A stretch of 47,475 nucleotides of DNA from Candidatus Micrarchaeia archaeon (GTDB lineage Archaea; Micrarchaeota; Micrarchaeia; CABMEP01). Position 1 is the stretch's first letter. Each line of letters begins with the position of its first letter. Below, piece after piece: positions 9,364 through 18,082 of the stretch. The stretch is from the NCBI GenBank assembly GCA_038880755.1, contig JAVZRC010000001.1, positions 74,791 through 122,265 of the forward strand, read 5' to 3'. Under the pieces are notes generated by a model, which made no database searches, was not told where the DNA came from, and worked only from the letters and a program-made list of their open reading frames with translations. Both the position numbers and the translations under genes were made by a program.

Positions 9364-10317
9364 ATGGCCTTTGAAATACTTTTACAATTATTCTTTCTTA
9401 TAGTTGCATTAATCGCATTAGCATTCTCCTCTAAAATAGCATTAGAGAGTGCAGAGAAGCTTGCTTCATATTTTGGATTGAGTCAACTTGCTATCGGCTT
9501 TATCTTAATCTCTGTCCTTACAAGCCTTCCTGAATTCTCAATTGCAATTTTATCATCTTCATCACACAACAATAATCTTTCTCTTGGAGATTTGCTGGGA
9601 TCTAATGTTACAAATATTGCATTAATATTTGGATTGTTTCTATTTCTTTCAATGAAACCTATAAGGCCTAATAAAAAGAGAACGAATGAAATCCTGCTTT
9701 ATATCTTTATTTCATTAATACCTGTTGTTCTATTTATAGACGGGTCTCTTTCATTTACTGACGGTCTGATACTGTTGGTGCTTTATCTATTTTTCATCAA
9801 AAACATATTAGATTCAAGAGAAAAAACATTCACACTAAATAATCTGGATAAGAAGGGTGCAGCAAGAGAATTCTTAGTATTGCTTGCAGCAATATTTATT
9901 GTAATAATCAGTGCAGAATTCGTAATTAAGATAGCTGTAGCATTAGCAGAAATGTTGAATCTGTTCCAATCATTTATTGGAGCTACATTAATTGCATTTA
10001 ATACTTCTTTACCTGAACTTGCCCTTACTCTTGTTGCAATTAGAAAAAGAGTCTCGGACATTGCTATAGGTAATTTGATAGGAAGCAATGTTATTAATAT
10101 CACTCTTCTTTTAGGTTTGAATGTTTTAATAAATCCATTTTTACCCAATATAGAAGTTGCCAGTACAATCTTTGCTTTCATCTTTATCACTTCAGGATAT
10201 CTTGTTTACAAGCTTCTTTTGCATAATTCATTGGAGAAAAATGATGGTTTTATTTTACTTGCTACTTATGTTTTATATATAATCGTTCTCTCATCAGTTC
10301 AAATTGCCCTCCATTAG
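9364..10317 (+). CDS. Na+/Ca2+ antiporter (CaCA/YrbG family)
   Basis: Two alpha-repeats, TSLPE...GSN, each occurring twice; about 10 TM segments. Confidence 0.92.
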   Translation: MAFEILLQLFFLIVALIALAFSSKIALESAEKLASYFGLSQLAIGFILISVLTSLPEFSIAILSSSSHNNNLSLGDLLGSNVTNIALIFGLFLFLSMKPIRPNKKRTNEILLYIFISLIPVVLFIDGSLSFTDGLILLVLYLFFIKNILDSREKTFTLNNLDKKGAAREFLVLLAAIFIVIISAEFVIKIAVALAEMLNLFQSFIGATLIAFNTSLPELALTLVAIRKRVSDIAIGNLIGSNVINITLLLGLNVLINPFLPNIEVASTIFAFIFITSGYLVYKLLLHNSLEKNDGFILLATYVLYIIVLSSVQIALH

Positions 10318-11770
10318 TGCACGTGAGTATATGAAAAACCATATCAGGCAGAGAAGACATACAATGAACATTTCAGTGATTGAAGGGAGCTTATATTCAT
10401 GCATGGTTGGATTCGCACAGTATTTTATAACACCATACGCAGTATTCCTAGGCATGTCTAATTTTATGATTGGTTTACTGCGTTCAATTTCGTCTCTTGT
10501 TTCCGCATTAGGCTTTTATCTAAGCCCCTTGCTTATGCAGTTTGAAGAAAAACGAAAAGAAACAATATCTAAGTTCGTTTCTTATCAAGCTTATACAATC
10601 ATATTATTTCTTTTAATTCCATTATTTCCATTTGATAAATCAATTTTATTCATCATTTTTTATTCACTGTTTCTTTTCTTCGGTTCACTAATATCCCCAA
10701 TTTGGACTTCTCTAATGAAAGATGTTGTACTTAAGAAAGAGAGAGGTTCATATTTTGGAATGAGAAACAAACTTGCAGGGCTTTTTGAAGTTGGTTCTTC
10801 TTTAGTTGCAGGTGCGATACTTAGCTATTTTACAAACGATGTTTATTTGGGATTTATAACAATTTTTGTTTTCGCCTTTATATTCAGAATTTTTTCATCA
10901 AATTTAATACTTAAACATTGGGACCCAATATCAAGATCAAAAAGATTAATGCATAAGTCTCAAGGATTTGATTTAAAATTACTTATCCTAAATGATGCGT
11001 ATTTAAATAATCTGATTCTTCTTGGTGGAGGAATGCTTTTTGCTACAAATATCGCAGGTCCTTTCTTTGCGGTTTTCATGCTTAAAAATTTGAATTTTAG
11101 TTATCTTGATTTTACAATTGCAACAATTGCATCAACCTTAGCAACACTTCTATCTCAACCATATTGGGGTAAATTAATAGATAAATATGGAACGCGTCCA
11201 GTTATATTCTCCACTTCGATTTTAATCCCACTCATTCCATTATTGTGGGTTCCAGCTACTGATCTTTCTTATGTAATTATTATCCAGCTTTATTCCGGCC
11301 TTGTTTGGGCAGGTTTTGATTTAGCTGTGTTTAACATGTTATTGAAGATATCTCCCAGAAATAAGACTCAATTGTATTCTGCATCATATAATGGTGCAAT
11401 ATCGATATTAACATTTCTAGGCATGTTAACTGGTAGTTTTATCATATTGGCTTTGGATTATGTTGATATAAAGATACTCAACAGTATTCAGATAATCTTT
11501 ATTATTTCTGGTTTATTGAGATTTATTGTTGCTGGAATAGCGCTTCCAAGAATAACAAAGCATATGCAGGTTAATTCTTTAGAATTTTTCATGAAAACAA
11601 TAACAGTGTATCCAATTAAAGGTGTATTATCAGAGGTAGAACAAGGAACAATATTCGCTGAGCAAATAATAGTATCAACTTCAAAATTAATATTCGATCC
11701 AATTGCTTCCTTCAAAAGAATTTCGAAAGGTTTCAAAGCAAGCGTAAGCTTAATAAGTCCAAAGAGATAA
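10304..11770 (+). CDS. MFS transporter
   Basis: About 12 TM segments; motif A-like WGKLIDKYGTR; RGSYFGMRN. Start uncertain (TTG overlapping the upstream stop). Confidence 0.85.
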   Translation: MPSISAREYMKNHIRQRRHTMNISVIEGSLYSCMVGFAQYFITPYAVFLGMSNFMIGLLRSISSLVSALGFYLSPLLMQFEEKRKETISKFVSYQAYTIILFLLIPLFPFDKSILFIIFYSLFLFFGSLISPIWTSLMKDVVLKKERGSYFGMRNKLAGLFEVGSSLVAGAILSYFTNDVYLGFITIFVFAFIFRIFSSNLILKHWDPISRSKRLMHKSQGFDLKLLILNDAYLNNLILLGGGMLFATNIAGPFFAVFMLKNLNFSYLDFTIATIASTLATLLSQPYWGKLIDKYGTRPVIFSTSILIPLIPLLWVPATDLSYVIIIQLYSGLVWAGFDLAVFNMLLKISPRNKTQLYSASYNGAISILTFLGMLTGSFIILALDYVDIKILNSIQIIFIISGLLRFIVAGIALPRITKHMQVNSLEFFMKTITVYPIKGVLSEVEQGTIFAEQIIVSTSKLIFDPIASFKRISKGFKASVSLISPKR

Positions 11771-11813
11771 TATTATCAAATTTAATAGAAAATTTACGAG
11801 ATGTAGTGGTAGG

Positions 11814-12320
11814 ATGCAGATAGTCAAAATTCCAGCTGAAAGGATAAAAGTATTAATATCAAATGCAAAATTCATAGAAGAAAAGGGAGAGGTAGAACTT
11901 TCAGTTTCAAATGAAGAAGGGATATCAATCAAATCAAGCGACCCGATAGCTGAATGGAAGGCAATCAATGTTGTAAAGGCAGTAGGAAGAGGTTTCAATC
12001 CAATGATAGCAATAAATCTTTTTAGTGATGATTATGTTCTCCATATTATAAATCTTAAAGACATATTTGATAAGGAAAAGCAGAGAATAAGAGTCAGAGC
12101 TAGACTTATAGGTACAAAAGGAAAGACAAGAGCCACAATAGAAGAAATAAGCGGTGCATTTGTTTGCATATACGGAAACACTATAAGTTTCATAGGGAAA
12201 CCTGAAGAAGTTGCCATGGCAGTAGAGGCTGCAAACATGATAATAAATGGAGTAAGTCATGGTGCAGTTTATATGTTTCTTCAAAAAGAAAGAAAACGAT
12301 TAGAATCAATGAAAATTTGA
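11814..12320 (+). CDS. KH-domain rRNA-processing protein (Dim2/Pno1/Krr1-like)
   Basis: AVGRGF, RLIGTKGKT and GVSHGAVY motifs; conserved position upstream of top6B. Confidence 0.9.
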   Translation: MQIVKIPAERIKVLISNAKFIEEKGEVELSVSNEEGISIKSSDPIAEWKAINVVKAVGRGFNPMIAINLFSDDYVLHIINLKDIFDKEKQRIRVRARLIGTKGKTRATIEEISGAFVCIYGNTISFIGKPEEVAMAVEAANMIINGVSHGAVYMFLQKERKRLESMKI

Positions 12321-12462
12321 TTTTATTTAGCTATTTTTACTTCTTAATGTCATGTTTTTAATATTTTCTTAACAAATATATATGTTGCTTAATTAGCAAA
12401 ATAAAAACAAAGAACGCAATTAATGCGATCTTTTCTTTTATTAGGTCGACCAAGGTGTTTAT

Positions 12463-14205
12463 ATGGATCAAAAAGATCAGATTACACAATTTACTGTACA
12501 AGAAATTCCTCAAACTAAAAAAGATCAAGTGGTTTCTGCAGATATGAAATCAACAAAAATAACTGCAGGGGTTTCAGAAATAGAAAGTAAAGAGATATTC
12601 TCAGAATTCCGTGAGCACTCTGTAGCAGAATTCTTTAAGAAAAATAGGCAGATGCTTGGTTTGTCAGGTAAGGTCAGGTCGCTTACAACTCTTGTTCATG
12701 AATATGTAACAAACAGTTTAGATGCTTGCGAAGAAGCAAGGATTCTTCCAAATATATATGTTAAAATTGACAATCTTCCAAATGGTCATGTAAGACTTTA
12801 TGTAGAAGACAACGGCCCAGGAATACCTAAACAATACATAGGTAGGGCGCTCGGCCAGATGCTTGCAGGTACTAAATTTCATAGATTTGTTCAACAAAGA
12901 GGTCAGCAAGGTATTGGCGCTACAGCTGGAACAATGTATGCCCAAATAACAACTGGAAAGCCAATACATTGTCGTTCAAGTACTGGAGATAATACTATAT
13001 ATGAATGTGATATCGCAGTTGATCTTAAAACAAACACACCAAAGATCTCAAACATGGTTGAATACTCTGGAAAATATAGGGGATTGACTGTAATCGGAGA
13101 ATTCGGGGAGGTCAAATACGATAAAAGCGAGTATTCTGCATTTGAGTATCTCAAAGCAACTGCACTAGCTAATCCACACGCTCAAATAACAATTGTGGAG
13201 CCAGATGGTCAGAGAACAGTATTTCAAAGAGCTCATGAAGAAGTACCTGAGAGACCAAAACCAGCACAGCCACATCCATTAGGAATTACAACTGATGACT
13301 TGATTAATTATGCTCATCATTCTAAAGAAAGAAAGCTCTCATCCTTCCTTACTGCAAACTTTGCAAGAATATCAGATTCAAAGATAGAAGAATTAAAGAA
13401 GCTGTGTCCATCGATAAACTTTGACAAGATGCCTAGGGAACTTAAGTGGGAGGAGGCAGAAGCAATAGTCAATGCATTTAAACAGATAAAATGGATCGCC
13501 CCTTCAGCAGATCCACTAAGGCCGATAGGAAAGGAGCAGATAGAAAAAGCACTTAAAAACGTACTCCAGCCTGAATTTATTTCTGTTTCTGAGCGAAGTC
13601 CAAAGGTATTTAGAGGAGGAGTTCCTTTCTTAGTTGAAGTAGGAATTGCATATAAAGGAAAGGCAGGAAGGCAAAAATCAGATGGTACAGTTGGATTGGA
13701 TGTAAAAAGATTTGCAAATAGGGCTCCGCTTCTTTTTGATGCAGGTGGATGCGCAACTATGGAGGCAGTTAAGACAATCGATTGGAGTAGATATGGATTA
13801 AAAGATATTGAAAATATGCCTGTAACTTTATTCATGAATTTGGTTTCAGTTCATGTTCCATATACTAGTGCAGGTAAGCAAGCAATTTCATCAGAAGAAG
13901 AAATAGTTGAAGAATTTAGATATGCAATTATGGAGGTTGCAAGAGATCTTGATCGTTATTTATCAGGAAAAATAAGAGAGGAACAAAGAGAGGCAAGAAA
14001 GAAAGCAATAATGAGATACGTTAAACAAATATCATCAGATCTTCCTTATCTTGCAGGAGAGAAAACTCCTGAAGAACTTGAGAAGAAGCTTATAAACATA
14101 ATCGAATCTAAATATTCAAAGATATTTGAAAAGGGAAGACTAACTAGCGAAGAAGAAAAGCAAATTAAAAAACAGAAAGAAGAGGAGGAAGATATAGAAG
14201 AATAA
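12463..14205 (+). CDS. top6B: DNA topoisomerase VI subunit B
   Basis: GHKL motifs EYVTNSLDA, DNGPG, RGQQGIG; RFANRAPL; VPYTSAGKQ. Confidence 0.97.
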   Translation: MDQKDQITQFTVQEIPQTKKDQVVSADMKSTKITAGVSEIESKEIFSEFREHSVAEFFKKNRQMLGLSGKVRSLTTLVHEYVTNSLDACEEARILPNIYVKIDNLPNGHVRLYVEDNGPGIPKQYIGRALGQMLAGTKFHRFVQQRGQQGIGATAGTMYAQITTGKPIHCRSSTGDNTIYECDIAVDLKTNTPKISNMVEYSGKYRGLTVIGEFGEVKYDKSEYSAFEYLKATALANPHAQITIVEPDGQRTVFQRAHEEVPERPKPAQPHPLGITTDDLINYAHHSKERKLSSFLTANFARISDSKIEELKKLCPSINFDKMPRELKWEEAEAIVNAFKQIKWIAPSADPLRPIGKEQIEKALKNVLQPEFISVSERSPKVFRGGVPFLVEVGIAYKGKAGRQKSDGTVGLDVKRFANRAPLLFDAGGCATMEAVKTIDWSRYGLKDIENMPVTLFMNLVSVHVPYTSAGKQAISSEEEIVEEFRYAIMEVARDLDRYLSGKIREEQREARKKAIMRYVKQISSDLPYLAGEKTPEELEKKLINIIESKYSKIFEKGRLTSEEEKQIKKQKEEEEDIEE

Positions 14206-14233
14206 TTCATTAGTTCAGATAAATGGTGATTTT

Positions 14234-15379
14234 ATGGCAAAGAAAAAAGATGTTCAGATTGAAAAATCTAATGCACCTCTTACAAAAGAAGATATAATAG
14301 TAAAAGAAAAATTAGAAATGTTGGGGAAACAGTTGATTAGAGAAATCGATAATGGTCAATCACCTTATTTTGAAACTCTATTGAGGGGAAGGTCAAATGT
14401 GCTACATAGCGAAGAAGGTTATTTATATTTAGGTGATAAGAAGGAAAAAAGAGTTTTCCTTAATGTAGCACAAGCAAAGAAATTTATGCAGACTATAGCA
14501 GTAGCTGCTAAATGCAAGAAATTCAAAGAGGAGAATCTCCATACCTCAATCAGAGGTCTTTTCTATCAGTTAAAATTTACTTTAGGTGAAGACTTAGATG
14601 AGGAACTTTTTGAAGAACAGTCAGAATCTAATGAACTTGTTGAAGATCTCGAAGTTGCTCTTTCACTTAAAAGAGAGGATCTAAATTTAAGTACAGATAG
14701 AAAAGGTGTAGTCGCTGGAAATCTTACCATACTTGACAAATTCGGTGGAGAAGAAATAGAGATAGATTGTACAAAACAAGGTCGTTCCGGATGGATGATT
14801 CCTTCTGATGTAGATAATGGAATGGAATTTATAGATGTGGATGTAGATTATGTTCTTGTAGTAGAAAAAGATGCACTTTGGCAAAGATTGAATGAAGATA
14901 AATTTTGGAAAAAAGAAAATTGTCTTATAATTACACCAAAAGGTCAAGCATCAAGAGGATGTAGAAGACTTATAAGGAAGTTAGCAGATAGAAAAATTCC
15001 AATATATTGCTTTATGGATTGTGATGCATGGGGATGGTACATATATTGGACGATAAAGACAGGAAGTATGAATCTTGCTTATTTGGGTAAAAATATTGCA
15101 ACACCTGAAGCAAAGTTCATAGGTGTAACAATGTCTGATATCGAAAGATATGACTTTTTGAAGAAACTAACAATAAATGCAAAAGAAGTAGATCTTAAAA
15201 GAGCAGAAGAACTTCTTTCTTATCCTTGGATTAGCAAGCATCAAGATTGGGTTAAAGAATTGAAGATAGTTCTAGATACAAAGAAAAAGATAGAGCAGGA
15301 CGCATTGCAAGGACCTCGTTTAACATTCGTTGGAGAATATGTAAGAGAAAAAATTGAGAAAAAGCAATTCTTATATTGA
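14234..15379 (+). CDS. top6A: DNA topoisomerase VI subunit A
   Basis: SIRGLFY with the catalytic Tyr, EQSES, VVEKDA, KGQ and DCDAWG Toprim motifs. Confidence 0.97.
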   Translation: MAKKKDVQIEKSNAPLTKEDIIVKEKLEMLGKQLIREIDNGQSPYFETLLRGRSNVLHSEEGYLYLGDKKEKRVFLNVAQAKKFMQTIAVAAKCKKFKEENLHTSIRGLFYQLKFTLGEDLDEELFEEQSESNELVEDLEVALSLKREDLNLSTDRKGVVAGNLTILDKFGGEEIEIDCTKQGRSGWMIPSDVDNGMEFIDVDVDYVLVVEKDALWQRLNEDKFWKKENCLIITPKGQASRGCRRLIRKLADRKIPIYCFMDCDAWGWYIYWTIKTGSMNLAYLGKNIATPEAKFIGVTMSDIERYDFLKKLTINAKEVDLKRAEELLSYPWISKHQDWVKELKIVLDTKKKIEQDALQGPRLTFVGEYVREKIEKKQFLY

Positions 15380-15616
15380 AACGAAAATATCAATACGTTT
15401 CATAATATCAACGGTTCATACTCACGTAGTTATGTGGTGACGTTTTTTGCAATATTGTTTCGTTTTTCTCATTTCATATTTTTTTGTTATATCATACTAT
15501 TAAATGTGTTTTTAATATTTTAAAAATACTATATGCAGTATAATTTTTATTCGTTTATTGCCGTATTTTCAGAAATTTATAGAAAACTTTTTAAAGTTCA
15601 ATATCTCTTATATTTT

Positions 15617-16930
15617 ATGGTAGTCCGCTCTCTTCGTGATTCAACTCTGCTCATTGCAGAGGCAAATTCTTTTTTGGATCGTTTAGAACGACCCAAGACG
15701 ATGAAAGAGATCGAAAGTAATCTTCATTCTTTAAGTCGCATTAAAGAAGAAATGTTAGCTGCCGGTTTTAATGCAACTTTTCCTGAACTAATGCTTAATA
15801 TAAAAACAGAACTAGCTGATGATGAAATTTCTTCGGACCTTTCAAAACAGCTAAGAACTCTAAGGGAATTTGCAAATCTTAAAAAATATACTCTTAATAG
15901 AGTGAAGGTTGCAATAGCTTCACATAATATTCTATACAACATGTTTCAGAGAGGAACCATATATGCTTTTGCGGACTATCTTCCATATAATGGCCAATAC
16001 TTATATGAACTTATCTATTTAGGTGAACCGGCAATACGTGCATATAATGCACTTAATATAATTCTCTCACAGAAAAAAGAAAATAAAAGTGGAGAGTATA
16101 CAGTTGTTATTTCTGTTGACGGAAAAAAACAAAAGATAAAACTTGATTCAAATCAAAACCTCGGTGAAAGAGTAAGAAGAGTATACGGAGAGGGGGCTAC
16201 AATATTAAGCATTACTAAAAGAAATACTGAGAAGCCATTAGTAAATGGAAGGAGTAACAGAATAGCGATTGCATCAGCATATGCGAGATTAGCAGCTAGT
16301 TTAGTATATCCAAAATTAAGTAATAGCCAATTATTTACAAATGAAAAACATAGAATTTATTCATCTATCCTTTCAAAACATGGATTATCTTCAGATACTA
16401 GAATAGATTTATTAGATGAAAGAGAAGATATTGAAGATGAGTTATATTCCAAGAATCTTCTTTTTGAAGAGAATAGTGTTAAAGTTTTACACCCAGATGT
16501 AGTAAGTGCAATTACAAAGAATAGAAAGAGATTTAATAAAGAAACAGTCAAAGAGGCGGAGAGACTTCTTAGTGAAGATATATTCTATTTCTTTATGGTT
16601 GAATCAAAGAAGGCAAGAACAGCATATCCATTATTCAAAGGAATTTCAAGTGAAATCGATGAACGCTTTAACTTCATGAATAAAGTAATTGGAAGCAATT
16701 CAGTTCCTTTGATAAAAGAGAAACTTACTCTTGAATCTTTAGTTCCGACTTCAAGTAAGGAATTGGCTGCGGTTTTATTATTAAACTCTGGAAGAAAGAA
16801 AGAATGGTGCATGGAGAAATTTGGTCTTTCTGAAGCAGAGCTAGAAGAAGCCAAATCAAAGTTAGCTCCTTATCTTAAGAATGTCTCATCACAAGCTAGA
16901 GAGTTTCTTGATCTGTTAAAAAAGAAATGA
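15617..16930 (+). CDS. Conserved archaeal hypothetical protein, DUF530-like
   Basis: STLLIAEANSFLD and NLKKYTLNRVKVAIASH resemble DUF530 from memory. ATG at 15617 preferred because a BRE/TATA-like AGAAAACTTTTTAAA lies about 25 nt upstream. Confidence 0.65.
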   Translation: MVVRSLRDSTLLIAEANSFLDRLERPKTMKEIESNLHSLSRIKEEMLAAGFNATFPELMLNIKTELADDEISSDLSKQLRTLREFANLKKYTLNRVKVAIASHNILYNMFQRGTIYAFADYLPYNGQYLYELIYLGEPAIRAYNALNIILSQKKENKSGEYTVVISVDGKKQKIKLDSNQNLGERVRRVYGEGATILSITKRNTEKPLVNGRSNRIAIASAYARLAASLVYPKLSNSQLFTNEKHRIYSSILSKHGLSSDTRIDLLDEREDIEDELYSKNLLFEENSVKVLHPDVVSAITKNRKRFNKETVKEAERLLSEDIFYFFMVESKKARTAYPLFKGISSEIDERFNFMNKVIGSNSVPLIKEKLTLESLVPTSSKELAAVLLLNSGRKKEWCMEKFGLSEAELEEAKSKLAPYLKNVSSQAREFLDLLKKK

Positions 16931-16981
16931 TTTCTTTAATAATTTTTCTTTAATTTTGTATTTTAAAGTTAGGTTGATAGC

Positions 16982-17308
16982 TTGCAAGAGAATGAAATTA
17001 TAAAGAGAAAGGTTACTATTAGAGATATAGTTAACATATTAAATAGACCATACCCTATTAAAAGAATTAGAATAAGTCAGGGCGCATACAATTTCCTTCC
17101 AAAGAAAGCTTTAAACACTTTAAATAAAATGAAAATTAAAATCGAAGTAATACCTTTGAAAAGAGGTCCGAGTATCAAGGTAGACAAAGAGAAAATAAGA
17201 ATGCTTTACAAATCCGATGTAAACGCATATGAGATTTCAAAAAATTTAAAAATTCCTTTGAGAACTGTTTATTATCACATTAAAAGAATAAAGAAAGAAG
17301 AAAATTGA
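16982..17308 (+). CDS. Small protein, DUF1699-like, with a C-terminal helix-turn-helix
   Basis: C-terminal AYEISKNLKIPLRTVYYHI HTH preceded by RGP; TTG start. Confidence 0.65.
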   Translation: MQENEIIKRKVTIRDIVNILNRPYPIKRIRISQGAYNFLPKKALNTLNKMKIKIEVIPLKRGPSIKVDKEKIRMLYKSDVNAYEISKNLKIPLRTVYYHIKRIKKEEN

Positions 17309-17393
17309 TTAGAAATACTTATTTTAATTACTTTAAAATTTTTTGTACAATTTAAATAAATTTGCAAGGTGTTTCTAATCAGTATAGAAAATG

Positions 17394-17408
17394 AAAAAGA
17401 ATTTAAAT
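17394..17408 (+). promoter_or_regulatory. BRE/TATA-like promoter of tRNA-Asn
   Basis: Purine run followed by TTTAAAT, about 30 nt upstream of the tRNA 5' end. Confidence 0.55.
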
Positions 17409-17436
17409 TTAGACATATATTATAATATTACTTTGT

Positions 17437-17534
17437 GCCTCGGTAGCTCAGTTGGTAGAGCGTGTGGCTGTTAATTGTATTAGTCAGTTAAAACAGAAAC
17501 CACAAGGTCGGAAGTTCGAGTCTTCCCCGGGGCG
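17437..17534 (+). tRNA. trnN: tRNA-Asn(GTT) with a 25-nt intron (17474-17498) at canonical position 37/38; CCA not encoded
   Basis: Acceptor GCCTCGG/CCGGGGC, D-arm GCTC/GAGC, anticodon stem TGTGG/CCACA, anticodon GTT at 17470-72, T-arm GGAAG-TTCGAGT-CTTCC; CTGT/ACAG central helix of a relaxed BHB motif. Confidence 0.95.
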
Positions 17535-17536
17535 CA

Positions 17537-18040
17537 TCATTTCTCTATTTTTATTTTATCTCCAATTTTTATACCATTTATTTTTGAGAAATTGGCGTTC
17601 AATTCTAGAGCATATAAAATAGGTTTATTTGGACTATATATCTTACATGTTTGGTTTTTTATGGTGCAAGGCTCCATTTCAACAATTTGAATAATGTTTA
17701 GTTCTTTATCAATAAATAGTATTTCTAAAGGGATCAATGTATCTTTCATCCAAAAAGAGTGGTAGTCTTCATTTTCAAAAATAAATAACATGCCTTCGTC
17801 TTTGCCAAGGTATGTTCTATTCATTAATCCTATAGTTCTTTCTTCTGGTGTATCTGCAATTTCTACTTTTATTTTGATATCATTTACTATTACTTCTGCA
17901 AATTCAATAGTCTTTTCTTTTGTTTTTATATAAGATTCATAAAGTAAGAAAAATAGAATAAAAGCTAAAATTACAAAAATCAATATTAGTTTATTTCTTC
18001 CTGAGATTTTATTCTCTTTATTTTCAGATATACTTTTCAT
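17537..18040 (-). CDS. DUF192 family membrane-anchored protein
   Basis: EIADTPEERxxGLMNR, GMLFIF, FWMKDTLIPL, ALELNA; N-terminal TM helix. Confidence 0.92.
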   Translation of the reverse strand: MKSISENKENKISGRNKLILIFVILAFILFFLLYESYIKTKEKTIEFAEVIVNDIKIKVEIADTPEERTIGLMNRTYLGKDEGMLFIFENEDYHSFWMKDTLIPLEILFIDKELNIIQIVEMEPCTIKNQTCKIYSPNKPILYALELNANFSKINGIKIGDKIKIEK

Positions 18041-18082
18041 TCAAAACACTTACTCGCTAATTATTTCTTACCTCTTAATCAT

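Noticed and set aside
17437-18040. tRNA-Asn as an integration site
   Set aside because: No integrase and no duplicated tRNA 3' end seen; the flanking genes are ordinary.
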